Positions 24,001 through 34,093 of a DNA stretch of 64,000 bases are shown here, piece after piece. Each line of letters starts with the position of its first letter. The stretch's first letter is position 1. The position numbers and the translations under genes are program-made. Source of the DNA: Azolla caroliniana. Lineage: Eukaryota; Plantae; Polypodiophyta. The notes below the pieces were generated by a model that ran no database searches, was not told the origin of the DNA, and saw only the letters and a program-made list of their open reading frames with translations. Location: NCBI GenBank assembly GCA_043228905.1, contig JBHGNT010000011.1, positions 14,074,001 through 14,138,000 of the forward strand, in the 5' to 3' direction.

Positions 24001-25081
24001 CGTCTCCTATGCCGGCAATCCGGCATGTACCTTCATTTCCCATCCGGACGAAGCAGTGCTCACCGGCTGTGTAGGATGAGAAGTATTTCTTCTCCGGGGT
24101 CAGGTGGAACGACGCTCCGGAATCGACCACCCAGGTCATCTCAACGCCGGCAATGTTCAGCTCCCTCTCTTCGGTAATGAGCATTATCTCTTCTTCACTT
24201 GCCGCGAGTGCCGTCGTTCCTTTCCGGTCCTGCCCTCGCCGATCCGAACCTCTCCGGTCCGTGGCTCCCCGGTATGCACCGTTTCTCTCCGGTGACTTCT
24301 TCGAATCGGTGTCATCGGCTCCGTTGTCCTTTCGGTAATGCCGACAATTCTTCCGGAAATGCCCCGGCTTCCCACAGTGGAAGCATGTGGGCCTTCCTCT
24401 TGACTGCGACCGGGTCCCCGACTTCTCCCGTCTTTGCGGACTCCGGTTCCATTGTCTTCCCCGTTCCGATTCGGTAAGCAGCGCCTTCGAGTCGGAGACC
24501 GGTTCTTTATCTCTCCGACGCGCTTCTTCGTTCAAAATACTTGTCTTTACCGTTTGTAGGGACAAGTTATCTTCCGTGCAGGAGGTGCTGAGAGTCACCA
24601 CCAAGTTCTCCCAGCTTTCCGGCAATGTACACATCAGGATGATGGCTTGCATTGCATCCTCCAACGGGAACTTGATCGCCGCAAGCTGGTTCACGAATCC
24701 CATGAACGTGCTTACGTGTTCCACCATACTCTCACCGTCCCGGTACTTGAGGTTCACTATCTTTCTCATCAGGGAGGTCCGGTTCAACGCATTCTTCCTC
24801 TCGTAGAGGCCCGACAGCTTCCTCCACATCTCATATGCGTTGGTGTCGTTCGCCACGTGTTGTAGAACGCTCACGTCGACGTATTGCCGAATGGTTGCAA
24901 CGGCTTTCCGGTTCAGAAGCCTCCACTCCGTCTCAAGTACCCCCTTGGGTATTTCCGACCTGTCGATCGGTTCATACAGGTCCCGAACAATGAGCAGATC
25001 CTCCATCTTTATCTTCCAGTCGGCGTAGTTCTGCGCGTTCAGCACCATCATGCCCGGAGGCCCACTACCGCCGCCTTCCAT
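21008..25081 (-). CDS. Copia Gag-PR-INT-RT-RH polyprotein (~1357 aa)
   Basis: CFHCGKPGHFRKNC, WVVDSGASFH, LELVHTDVC, QMDVKTAFL, LYVDD, HSRTKHI; first ATG after the PBS. Confidence 0.96.
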   Translation of the reverse strand: MEGGGSGPPGMMVLNAQNYADWKIKMEDLLIVRDLYEPIDRSEIPKGVLETEWRLLNRKAVATIRQYVDVSVLQHVANDTNAYEMWRKLSGLYERKNALNRTSLMRKIVNLKYRDGESMVEHVSTFMGFVNQLAAIKFPLEDAMQAIILMCTLPESWENLVVTLSTSCTEDNLSLQTVKTSILNEEARRRDKEPVSDSKALLTESERGRQWNRSPQRREKSGTRSQSRGRPTCFHCGKPGHFRKNCRHYRKDNGADDTDSKKSPERNGAYRGATDRRGSDRRGQDRKGTTALAASEEEIMLITEERELNIAGVEMTWVVDSGASFHLTPEKKYFSSYTAGEHCFVRMGNEGTCRIAGIGDVWLMTSTGCKMLLKDVRHVPEVRLNLISAGRLDDEGYTGSIRNGVMKFSKGSLIVARARKVNTLYLMNARLCPEELNVAADTAGELWHKRLCHMSEKGMKRLAEDNLIPVKHVHLEKCTDCLAGKQNRTSFHSRPPTRRSAPLELVHTDVCQVETKSHGGAQYFVTFIDDHSRRLWTAPMKTKDQVLSVFKELHARVERESGKKLKAIRADNGGEYRGQFQEYCRSKGIRLEFTVPKTPELNGLAERMNRTIMERVRSMLAHAKLPKGFWAEAMSTATYVINRSPSVPLDGDTPQRVWTGREVSYRHLKVFGCLAYVHVAKDRRGKLDPKTRPCIFLGYGDDEFGYRVWDPVDKKIFRSRDIIFMEDKTLVDWESEKKMKSSKSTGEDKLYEEQSRPARDRLALEDPAEDGEESEPAEEDETDTGTGPDPEMDSDEEETDEPVTEAPERRYPLRERRAPRRFPEPEHVLLTDEGEPESFEEAKLDNHSHRWLSAMQEEMDSLHENDTYELVELPKGKRALRNKWVFKLKPGDAGNPPRYKARIVVKGFQQKKGVDFDEIFAPVVKMTSIRTVLSIAASMDLEVEQMDVKTAFLHGDLEEEIYMQQPEGFEKKGKEHLVCRLKKSLYGLKQAPRQWYRKFDSFMTDEGYNKTQSDHCVFVKKFEGGDSLILLLYVDDMLIVGRDQGKIRMLKKALHRTFSMKDLGPARQILGMHIIRDRKKKQLWLSQEKYVTKVLHRFNMSEARPVGSTLPANCKLSNKQSPKTKAEKEDMMKVPYASAVGSLMYAMVCTRPDIGYAVGVVSRYMSNPGKEHWNAVKWILRYLKGTANVCLRFGSDKPKLDGFTDSDMSADEDTSRSTSGYVMTYAGGAVSWQSRLQKTVALSTTEAEYMAAVEAGKEIIWMKDFIRELGIRQEEYRLYCDSQSAIHLAKNAAYHSRTKHIQRRYHWIRERIEDEEFVLTKIHTNENGSDMLTKVLTPDKLEACRKRVGLERHPMPK

Positions 25082-27220
25082 TTTCTGTGTTACCGTCGCT
25101 CTGATACCAGTTTGTTGAAATTCCGTGCTCGGCCACAACCGAGGAACAGGATCGATTCGCAGAAAACGGGAAATACAAGAATGCACGAAGAACAACAGAG
25201 AGAAGAGCACACAGGATGTTTACGTGGAAAACCCTAAATGGGAAAAAACCACGGGAGTCCTCTAACTCCAACTATCACTATACACAGAGATGTACAATGG
25301 TGAGGCTACAAGGCAACAACCTTGAGCTCGCTGTCCTCGCCACAGGCGGCGGTATTACACAGAGGCGTCGACCTCTTTCTTCCTCTTTCTCTCTCTCACT
25401 CTCGCTCGGCTGCTCTCACTTCGCTCCCTCTTAGTGGACAACAGAAAAATGAGCAACAACATAAACTGTTTGCCCTAAGTCATATTTATACACATATGAC
25501 TTTCGGGCTATTTACAAATATAGCCTCAAGGGCTCTTGGCAAACATATTCACAAATATGTCCCCGCATCCGGATCTCCCTCCGGGTACATTCGTCATCCG
25601 GCTCCGTAACCGGGGTCTTCATCATCCGGCTCCGTAGCCGGGGTCTTCATCATCCGGCACCGTAACCGGGGTCTTCATCATCCGGCTCCGTAGCCGGGGT
25701 CTTCATCATCCGGCACCGTAACTGCAACCGGGCTTGCCGTCATTCATCTCCGGACATCCCATCCGGAGGGACCGAAACCCAACACCTTTGAGCGATCAAA
25801 GCACATCACGGCCTAGCCCGAAGATGGCAAGGCGAAAATGGCGGAATACACAGACGATCGCTTCGACGACAATGAGTCGACTCACTCACTTGTCAATGAG
25901 TTTGGCAGCTTCGATGTACCAATCAGAGCTAAGAAAGCCCTCATCTATGGAAATGAAAAGCTTTGTCGCTCTACCCGTGAAAAGAATCCGGTCATCCGAT
26001 TCGGCTACAATGACTACATGGCATATCACTATGCCTTTATGATGAAGGTGGCAACAGTACGCGAACCGGAAGCATTTTCCGAAGCAGCCAAGGATCCGCG
26101 ATGGATCGAAGTCATGAACGAGGAGATGCAGGCACTATGCAAGAACGAGACGTGGGATCTCGTTCCCACCTCACCACACAAAAAGGCGATAGGATGCAGA
26201 TGGATTTACAAAGTGAAGTACAATGCTGACGGTTCCGTCAACCGCTACAAAGTGCGACTCGTAGCAAAAGGCTACGCACAAACGCACGGAGTTGACTACG
26301 AAGAGACCTTTGCCCCGGTGACAAAGATGACGACGGTACGAACCGTAATTGCGCTTGCTATGGCGAAAGGGTGGCACCTCCATCAAATGGACGTCAAGAA
26401 CGCCTTTCTTCAAGGCGAATTAGAAGAGGAGGTGTACATGGGACAACCTCCCGGCTTCGAAACGTGCATTCATCCAAAAGCCGTATGCCAACTCAAGAAG
26501 CCACTCTACGGCCTCAAGCAAGCACCGCGTGCTTGGCATTCGAAGATAACGCAATATCTTTATCAAATCGGTTCCGTATGTCAAAATCGGACAACTCCCT
26601 CTACATACGAAGCGATTCAACAAGTCTGATCGTCATCATTTTATATGTGGATGACCTAGTCATTGGAGGTGAGCATCTCGTCGAAATCAATAAAGTCAAA
26701 TCCCTCCTTTCCGACAAGTTCAAGATGACGGACATGAACGAGATCCACTACTTCCTCGGAATCGAGGTAATTCGGACTCCGGCCGAAATCATGATCTCTC
26801 AACGGCACTACATCCTCAACTTGTTATACAAGTTCGGGATGGCTGAGTGCAAATCCGCGGCAACCCCGCTCGATCGCAATCTCAAACTAGATGCGAACTC
26901 CGGCACCAAAGCGTGTGAGCCAACTCAGTATCGGCAACTCATCGGGAGTCTCATCTACGTCACGATCACACAACTCGATCTCAGTTACCCGGTCGGTCTC
27001 CTTAGCCAATTCATGCAAACATCGCGTGATACTCACTTGGATTGCGTTGTCGTGAAGTACGAAAGCTTCACATTAAAAGTCTACAATAAGATAAATACGT
27101 AACTAAAATAACATTTGATCATGTTTTATATATAAAGATAATATTAACAACACATATGATAATATTATATATACGTAAAGAAATATATATATATATATAA
27201 ATATATTATATTACACGAAC

Positions 27221-27450
27221 AAGAGAGGGCTTGAACCAATAACCCCACACTATGACTCTCAAATCTTACCATTTATTCTATACTAGTAATATACAAAAAA
27301 TAAAGCATACTTTATATGTACTTTATATTACATAAAGGATTTGCTTCATGATATAAAAATAAAGTTGTATGTTGTATTCAATAGTATTTTGACACTCGAA
27401 CCCACAACCTCATACACCAAAGTCAACACACTTATCATTAGGCTAGGCCC
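27221..27450 (-). promoter_or_regulatory. Two tandem tRNA-like A/B-box cassettes (27221-27280, 27390-27450)
   Basis: Minus strand TAGAATAAATGG...GGTTCAAGCC and TAGCCTAATGA...GGTTCGAGT, each about 44 nt apart. Confidence 0.55.
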
Positions 27451-27754
27451 TTTCTCTTTAAGATTACATTTTCATGTTTATTGTTATTGCATATATTGTT
27501 TCATACATAAAAGCTCAAATGAGCGAGATGTTTATCATGCATCACATGTAATGCATGAACGCCAAATGGCAATCATGCATCACATGCATTTCATGCACTA
27601 CATGCATGACTTGTACCCTCCAATGCATCATATGCATGGGGGCACCTATTTAAATGGTGAAAGAGAAGATCAAAGGGAGATAGGTATGAGATATCAATCA
27701 AATATATATTACATAAGAGATACCATAAAATAGAGAAAGAAAGGAAGAAGTTCA

Positions 27755-27831
27755 AGATAAAGGTGGAGCTCTAGCTTGGCGGTCGTGGTGGTCAACTCTC
27801 AACAAGAGGGAGGCGGTTCGAGCCTTATCTT
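27755..27831 (+). promoter_or_regulatory. tRNA-like A/B-box cassette
   Basis: TAGCTTGGCGG (27772) and GGTTCGAGCC (27815); closing stem AGATAAAGG/CCTTATCT. Confidence 0.55.
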
Positions 27832-28768
27832 CATCAAAATATTGAAGTGAAGATTATAGTGGTCTACGATCAAGAAAGAGAAGAGCGATTACCTTGCAAG
27901 ACAAAGTTCGGAGGTTCAACGACGTGCACAATCATTTTGTAACTCTTTCATGAAAATGATTACAAATTTCATACACTTTCTCATATATTATTTTATATCT
28001 TATCTTGTCTTATCTTATATTCCTTAGAAATCCTATTTTGTCATATCTTATTGATCTCTATTCACTCTATCTCTACTCTTTCGTCTCTTCCGTCCATAAT
28101 CCCTGTGATTCCTTCCTCACTTTCATGTTATCCTTTGTGTGCGCAACGCTACGCTTCTAGGCGAGCTACGTCAGGACAGTGCTAAGCGAGTTCTACGATA
28201 CGTGAGCGGCACACTGGATTACGGCATCCTCTACAAGACGGCGATGCCAATACGACTCGAGGGGTACACAGACGCCGATTGGGCCGACTACAAAGCCAAT
28301 AGAAGATCAAACTCCGTATTTGTTTTCTCCCTCGGCAGCGGAGCAATATCCTGGAGAAGCAAAAAGCAACCAACCGTCGCTCTTTCGAGCACCGAGGCAG
28401 AATACAGGGGCGCGGTAGTGGCTGCATGTGAAGCCGTATGGCTCAAAAGGATACAAAAGGATCTGGGCGTACCCATCAAGGCTCTGACTTCCCTTTACTG
28501 CGACAATATGGGCAGTATCTATCTGGCTCAGAACCCTGTGTTCCACGTGCGGACAAAACACATCGAAGTGCACTATCACTGCATCCGCGAGCGCGTTCTA
28601 GCTGGCGATGTCGACCTACAACACATTAGCACCAATCTTCAAACGGCCGACATCTTCACTAAAGGCTTAGGATCCGACAAGCTGTGGCAATTCATGACTG
28701 ATCTCGGATTGACGATCCTTGACATGCCAAGCTTGAGGGGGAGTACTGAAGACGCTATGCAATAACGT

Positions 28769-30035
28769 TGTCGCGTTGCTACGCCCGTGCGTGGAGAAGG
28801 GAGGGACCACGGGGGTCTTGGACTAAGGAGTAGAGGAGAAGGAGTCGGACATGGAATGGAAGCTTGGCTCAAGAAGAAGAAGAATGAACAAGAGATTAGA
28901 TCGAACAAGAGGAAGATGGAGACAAGATGATCAACAAGATATATTAAAACGAAATGAACGATTACAAAATGGTGGCCGCATAGGCCGCACCAAATGACTA
29001 CTCGGAACCCTAACTGACAAAGATGAAGATAAAGATGAAGAAACCCTAACCCTAACCCTAACGCTCGACCTATGTGGTATACCTCGCACACTCAAAATAG
29101 GCAACCCCCACAATGGTGCCTTCCCTCTCCTTTTATAGCACAAGGAGGGAAGACCGTTTACAAAAGTGAGACTAAAATATCCCCCTTTCATTCAAAGGGG
29201 ATATTTGCCTTGATTTGGGGAGGGTGAGATTGATGGCCCCCTTAACTCCCACCTCCTCACAAACAACTAGGTACCTATGAACCGCATAGTACCTCTCTCT
29301 CTCTCTCTCGCGTGGATGTGCGCACAAGACCACATCACCTTTATACCTTAGGGATCTTATGGGGCATTTCTAGCACCATACCCTTTACCCTTATTACTAT
29401 TACAAATACATTATGTACGTGTGCAACGTTGCACATCGCTCTTTGGCTCTCATTGCTCAGGTTTTCGCTTGTGGACGAAAATCTTCACGACATCCGCCCC
29501 CACCTAACCGCACATCCTCTGGTATTTGCCAATACATAGGGGAGAGAACATGAGATTTTCAGCCACGACGACCGACCGAGTCCTTAGCGTCCTCGTGGGC
29601 CTGCCCGGTTTTGTCTTCCACTTCGAGCAAGACCACCCCGTCCACACGAACCACCGCCGCCTTCCGGTCCACCATCCTCACCGAATGGTCTCGAACCGTC
29701 GGCGCCATCGGATCCGCCACACTCGACGATGTTCGCCGAGTCGTTGCCTCCATCCGATCCACCACGTCCACCGTGGGTCCTCGAACCACCGACTACATCC
29801 GGCCCGCCGTATCCGATGCCCGTGCTTTCCTCCCCGTTCGGTCCTCCCGAACGCCGTCGCCGACCTGGCTGCTCTTCCCTTGTCCGCCTCGTATATCCTC
29901 CAGATGCGCTCCTGGTCGCATGCCGGATTCCACCCTTTATGTGCCGCGCACCTCGGCGTGCCGACTCTCTCCGCTCCGCGCTTGCCTTCCGTAGGCTTTC
30001 CCCGTTGTTCGCCGTGCTCTCTCGCGGTAGAGCGT
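28769..30035 (-). mobile_element. 3' end of a Gypsy-group element (LTR 28769-29492, PPT 29493-29509) with non-pol sequence beside the PPT
   Basis: TGTCGCG..CACGACA termini, family PPT, outer flank ACGT; 29510-30035 lacks the integrase tail found in autonomous copies. Confidence 0.85.
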
Positions 30036-30587
30036 TGTCGTGAAGAAAACCGTCCCCAGGCGCAAATCGTGTATAGTGTGTGTGAACCGGCCCTTACACG
30101 TTGGCACACCCCTTGTTGTATAGTAGATAGGTAGGCACAAAGGTCAAATCCTAGGTAGCAATATTCTATAGGGGAAATCGAGGAGTATCTCTGTCCGAAA
30201 GGACAGAGAATTAATGTGATGTAAACGGGTGAAACGACCTCCCTCCTTGAGCTATAAAGGAGAGGGAGACAGGGGAGAGAGGGGATCACGCTCTTCTTCT
30301 CTGTCGTTCTCCATAGCTTTCTTTTGCACAGGTTCTCAAGAGGCTGATCCTGCTCCGTGGAACGCCCGTGTGCTTCCAGCAGAATCTCCATATTGCTCTC
30401 CTGTGTGCGTGGGTGATCAGGCGCCGGCATCCATCTCGCCGACCTGATCGGCTATAACCGTTCGAGTCGTCTGCACACATACAAATACATACACATATTT
30501 ATATACATATGCTAGTGTTCTCAACTCGTGTCTCCTGTGTTGTTGGGCTGCGTCCCCGTGCGCTTCTTTGTCTATACGTGTGTGAGC

Positions 30588-30622
<35 letters not shown>

Positions 30623-31095
30623 TTCTCACCTATTCCTCGGTCCATGACCCCAGTGGACCCACCTTGTTCTCCACGCACGCGCGTAACAACGCGACATATT
30701 TGGTGAACCCGACGTGAAGAGGTGGCAGAGGACTAGAAGATGAGGGGGTCGGACCTTGCAGAAGCCATGGCTTCGGCTGTGGACCGCATAGTGAGTGCGC
30801 GTGAAGGCACTGACGCCCTTGATAGGGCTATCGAGGCAGTTGTCGGTACGATGGGCCGGTTTAGTGTGAAGGATGCCACGAGCTACTTGGCGTCCTACCG
30901 GGCTGAGATGGTAATGAGGCGTCTAGCCGGATTCCCTCGAGTGGCGATGCCGGGTATCCATACAGAGGTGCTCGAGGTACGGGCCGAGAGCCGGACCTGG
31001 GAGGAGTTCGAAGGTCGACTCCTCGAAAAATACGGGCTTGAAGATGCGCTTCGACTTTCGAAGCGGGACTTCATGGAGTGGGTGGAGACACCACT
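30036..31095 (+). mobile_element. 5' end of a Gypsy element (LTR 30036-30696, PBS 30701-30718, gag start 30740), truncated
   Basis: MRGSDLAEAMASAVDRIV...FMEWVETP, then homology is lost; outer flank GCGT. Confidence 0.9.
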
Positions 31096-34093
31096 AAAAG
31101 GGCGTGGCTTGATTGATCACAGAGCGGATGCTATCCACCGACACCACTAAAAGGGGCGGTGGCCTGGACGAGTTGCAGAAAGACGTTGCGAAATCGGTTA
31201 CGCCACATCCTATCCGGAGACTACGGCTGTTCGGCCGACGGGGCAACGTAAGACCGAAAGAGAGCAACGACGAGTTCGGGACAGCAACGACGAGTTCGAG
31301 AGAAGTACAAAGGATGAAGAGGAGAACGAAGACCGGTCCCATGAGATCTTCACACCGATCCGGCTGTTGGCCCGAGTACCGGCGTGAGTCCTATAGGGGA
31401 GATCGGTGGCGACAGGAGATCGGAACCCGGCAATCCAAAGACTGACGGACAGACCCGAACGAGAACCGGGCAGAGCGGACTTCCAGAAAACCATTCCGTG
31501 AGGGAGGAAGAGAGCAGGCCTACGAAGAGGCCGGGAACACGGTACGTCGGTACCACAGGAGAGGGTGTGGAGTGAACCACCCTCTCGACTTGCGAAAGAA
31601 GGAAGACCCGGGATAAGGGTCTGGGAGACGAGTAGCCCAAGGAGGATCCTTCACACCGGATCCGGAGACTCCGGCGGTCGGCCCAAGAGCCGGCGTGAGA
31701 CCTAGAGTGACGATCGGTGGCGGCGAGGGGACGAAGGCAAAAAGGGCTACGGATGGGCGGTCTACGGAGATCCTCACACTGATCCGGCGGTCGGCCCGAG
31801 AGCCGGCGTGAGTCCTATAGGAAAGGACGGTGGCGGCAGGTGAACGTGACCAACAGAAGAGGATGGCGAAGGCAGAGCGGTGCAGTTGTGACCTTACACA
31901 CACCGATTCTAGAGACTCCGGCATCCAACGACAAGAGGAGGCGTGAGACCTAGAGTAAGGAACGGTGGCGGCGGCAAGGCGGGCAACCAAAGCCAGAAGG
32001 GGAGGTCCCATGAAGACACTCTCACCGATCCGACGGTTGGCCCGAGTGCCGACGTGAGTCCTATAGGGGAGATCGGTGGCGGCAGGAGAACGTGATCGGA
32101 CGACAAGAGGCGACGAACGGCAAGGAGGTATGAGGCCGGCAAGGCGGCTACGGACCATCTCAAACCTTCCGGCGAGGTGAGTGGGCGTAAGGAAGTCCGG
32201 TTCTACGGGATCCCCACACCTAACCAGAGACTCCGGAAGTTCAGCCAACGTGGCAACATGAGACCGAGAGAGAAGGTTGGTGGCGGTGGGAAACGGGACC
32301 CGACTACGCGGAAGACACGAGGAGAGTTCGGGAGGGACTCAAACAAAAGACACCCGGATCTCGGCAAGCGACAAAACGAAAACCGGTCCTATGGGACCCT
32401 CACACCGATCCGGAGACCCCGGCAGTTCGGCCAACGTGGCAACATGAGACCTAGGGAGAAGGACAGTGGCGGCAGGGAACGGGACCCAACGACATGGGGT
32501 AGCGGATCGGGACTCAGTAAGACGGGGCAGACGAAGTGCGAAACCCTTACAGGCCGGTTACGGAAGGAACCGGTAGGGGCAAACACGGGGAGGTGTGTTG
32601 GGCCTGAAAGGCACACCTGGCACGGAACAAGAGTCTCGCAAGTGGCCATCGTGGGCCGGATCGAAGCGTGACTACGGGACGGTGTTCGGCACGGGCGGTG
32701 CCGAACAAAAGAAGCGGAAGACGGCACAAGGGAGGTGTCGGGAATGAGGTGATGGGTGCATAGTGGACTGCACAGGGTCGGAGTCAGGGGATGACAATAG
32801 AGGCCGGAGGAGGATCCTCCACACTCGATTCGTAAATCTCGGTAGCTTCGTCGAAGTAGCGAAGACTGACACGGCAAGCCCGGGTGACAAGCTAGTGGGG
32901 GCGAGGGGACGACGGCAAGCGGAAGACTCAGGACCTGTTGCAGCAACAAGGAAACAGAATGGTCGACGGAGGCCAAGCGGGCCACTATGGGCGTTCCTCA
33001 AGTGGAGGACATCGGGCATATGGTGGAGAACAGAGCGTGCATACGGCCGAACAAGGGCCAACGGAAGTACGCGTACTATGGAGATCGCGGCGAAGGACCA
33101 ATCGATAGGTTGAACGAGCCTACGGGGAGGTAAGCGCGAAGGAAGAACCGAAGCCGACGGATCAAACCGGCAGCGAGCCGGGATGCGGATTACGGAAGAC
33201 CGGGTTCTCACCGGCCGAAATCTCTCACCCTTCACTGGATTTGGCACGTACCGGTGGACGTGCGGATTAGGTGGGAGCGGATGTCGTGAAGAATTTCGTC
33301 CAGAGGCGGAAACCGGGAAACATTGGCTACATCGGCGGGGTGCAGCATGTGTGCTCACCCCTTGTACATTTAGTGTGAATAACGAGGGCGCCTTTATGAC
33401 GCCGAAGAATAGTCAAGTTGGGACAGACGATCCCATGTAAGTCAGGATTTATCCCACATTGTAACACATCCCTCTCCTTGTTCTATAAAAGGAAGGGAGC
33501 GCCCTTTGTGAAAGGGTTGCCCATTTTGCGTTAGAGGGTATACCGTTAGATTTAGGGTTAGCTACATTCCTGCTTCTTCTTCTTCTTCTTCTTCTTCTTC
33601 TTCTTCTTCTTCTTCTCCCCCCCTTCGTGTTCTCTTAGGGTTTGCTTCAGCTCATCTCCTGCGCAAGACCCCGCTCGGCGCGACAAGCCCGTGAGCTCCC
33701 CGACCGGCGGCTTGGCAGCTGACGACTACTGTAACCTACCTTGGTCCGGCTCGACGCCGGGAATGTATTCTTCCTTTTATATATATATACATTTGTGTCT
33801 ATCTATGTATATTCGCGTCTCTGTTGGTGTCGAGTGCTTCCCCTTTCCTGCGTTTCCTGTACATAAGGGCGTGAGTTGGGTCGGCCTGTGTGTGTGTGTG
33901 TGTGTGCGCGTGTGTGCGTGAGTCGGTGTTAAGCGCGCGCTCCCTCTCTTTCTCTCTCTCCCTTCGGTTGCTTCCGGTGTGCTTCTAGGATGCCCCGGAA
34001 ATGGTGAAGTACGACTTCCTACGCTCCGTCACTCCCTAGTCCAAGACCCCGGTGGTCCCGCCTTTCTCCACGCACGCGCGTAACAACGCGACA
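31096..34093 (+). mobile_element. 3' part of Gypsy-group element G (2.2-kb GC-rich non-pol cargo, PPT, LTR 33282-34093)
   Basis: PPT GATTAGGTGGGAGCGGA; LTR with (CTT)n and (TG)n, related to the solo LTR ending at 63632; outer flank CCGT. Confidence 0.82.
31203..32490. repeat. Array of 8 degenerate ~70-bp units with variable spacers
   Basis: CACCGATCCGG..TCGGCC..GTGAG(T/A)CCTA..GGTGGCGGC at about 31203, 31351, 31652, 31775, 31899, 32021, 32215 and 32401. Confidence 0.85.

Larger units (their letters stand above)
20326..25784 (-). mobile_element. Intact Ty1/Copia (Tork/Tnt1-like) retrotransposon
   Basis: 672-bp LTRs 20326-20997 and 25113-25784 look identical; TSD CCTTT; PBS TGGTATCAGAGC 25098-25109; PPT near 21000; unbroken ORF. 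Confidence 0.97.
27048..28178 (+). mobile_element. AT-rich solo LTR (1131 bp) inserted in Copia RT/RH
   Basis: TGTCGTGAAG...GGACA termini; flanks GCGT/GTGC restore GAT TGC GCT AAG (LDCAK) with 4-bp TSD GCGC; TATA-like CTATTTAAA near 27647. Confidence 0.85.
17855..28765 (+). pseudogene. Copia gag-pol pseudogene (segments 17855-20325, 25790-27047, 28179-28765)
   Basis: CGYC..H..EEC knuckle, WFVDSGASNHM, VHSDVWG, QNGVAERKNR, QMDVKNAFL, LYVDD, HVRTKHIEV; multiple TGA stops and frameshifts. Confidence 0.9.
17311..28768 (+). mobile_element. Degenerate Ty1/Copia (5' LTR 17311-17692, tRNA-iMet PBS at 17693), interrupted twice; no matching 3' LTR seen
   Basis: TG..CA LTR, TGGTATCAGA, gag-PR-INT-RT-RH fragments, PPT-like GCTTGAGGGGGAG at 28731-28743. 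Confidence 0.9.

Noticed and set aside
25082-25210. N-terminal extension of the 1400-aa Copia ORF
   Set aside because: Runs through the LTR and PBS; the likely start is 25081.
27341-27733. His/Met-rich 130-aa ORF as a metal-binding protein
   Set aside because: Translation of the CATG-rich tract inside a solo LTR, with a non-ATG start.
28744-28768. Start of the 3' LTR of the 17311 Copia
   Set aside because: TACTGAAGACG does not match the 5' LTR start TGTTGAGAATC; may be 3' UTR after a PPT-like ORF end, and it is cut off after 25 bp.
31203-32490. CRISPR array or hammerhead ribozyme array
   Set aside because: Units are long and degenerate with irregular spacers, no cas genes, eukaryotic retroelement context; the hammerhead core CUGANGA/GAAA is absent.
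30036-34093. A single intact non-autonomous element with TSD GCGT/CCGT
   Set aside because: The two LTRs are different subtypes and the outer flanks belong to unrelated elements.
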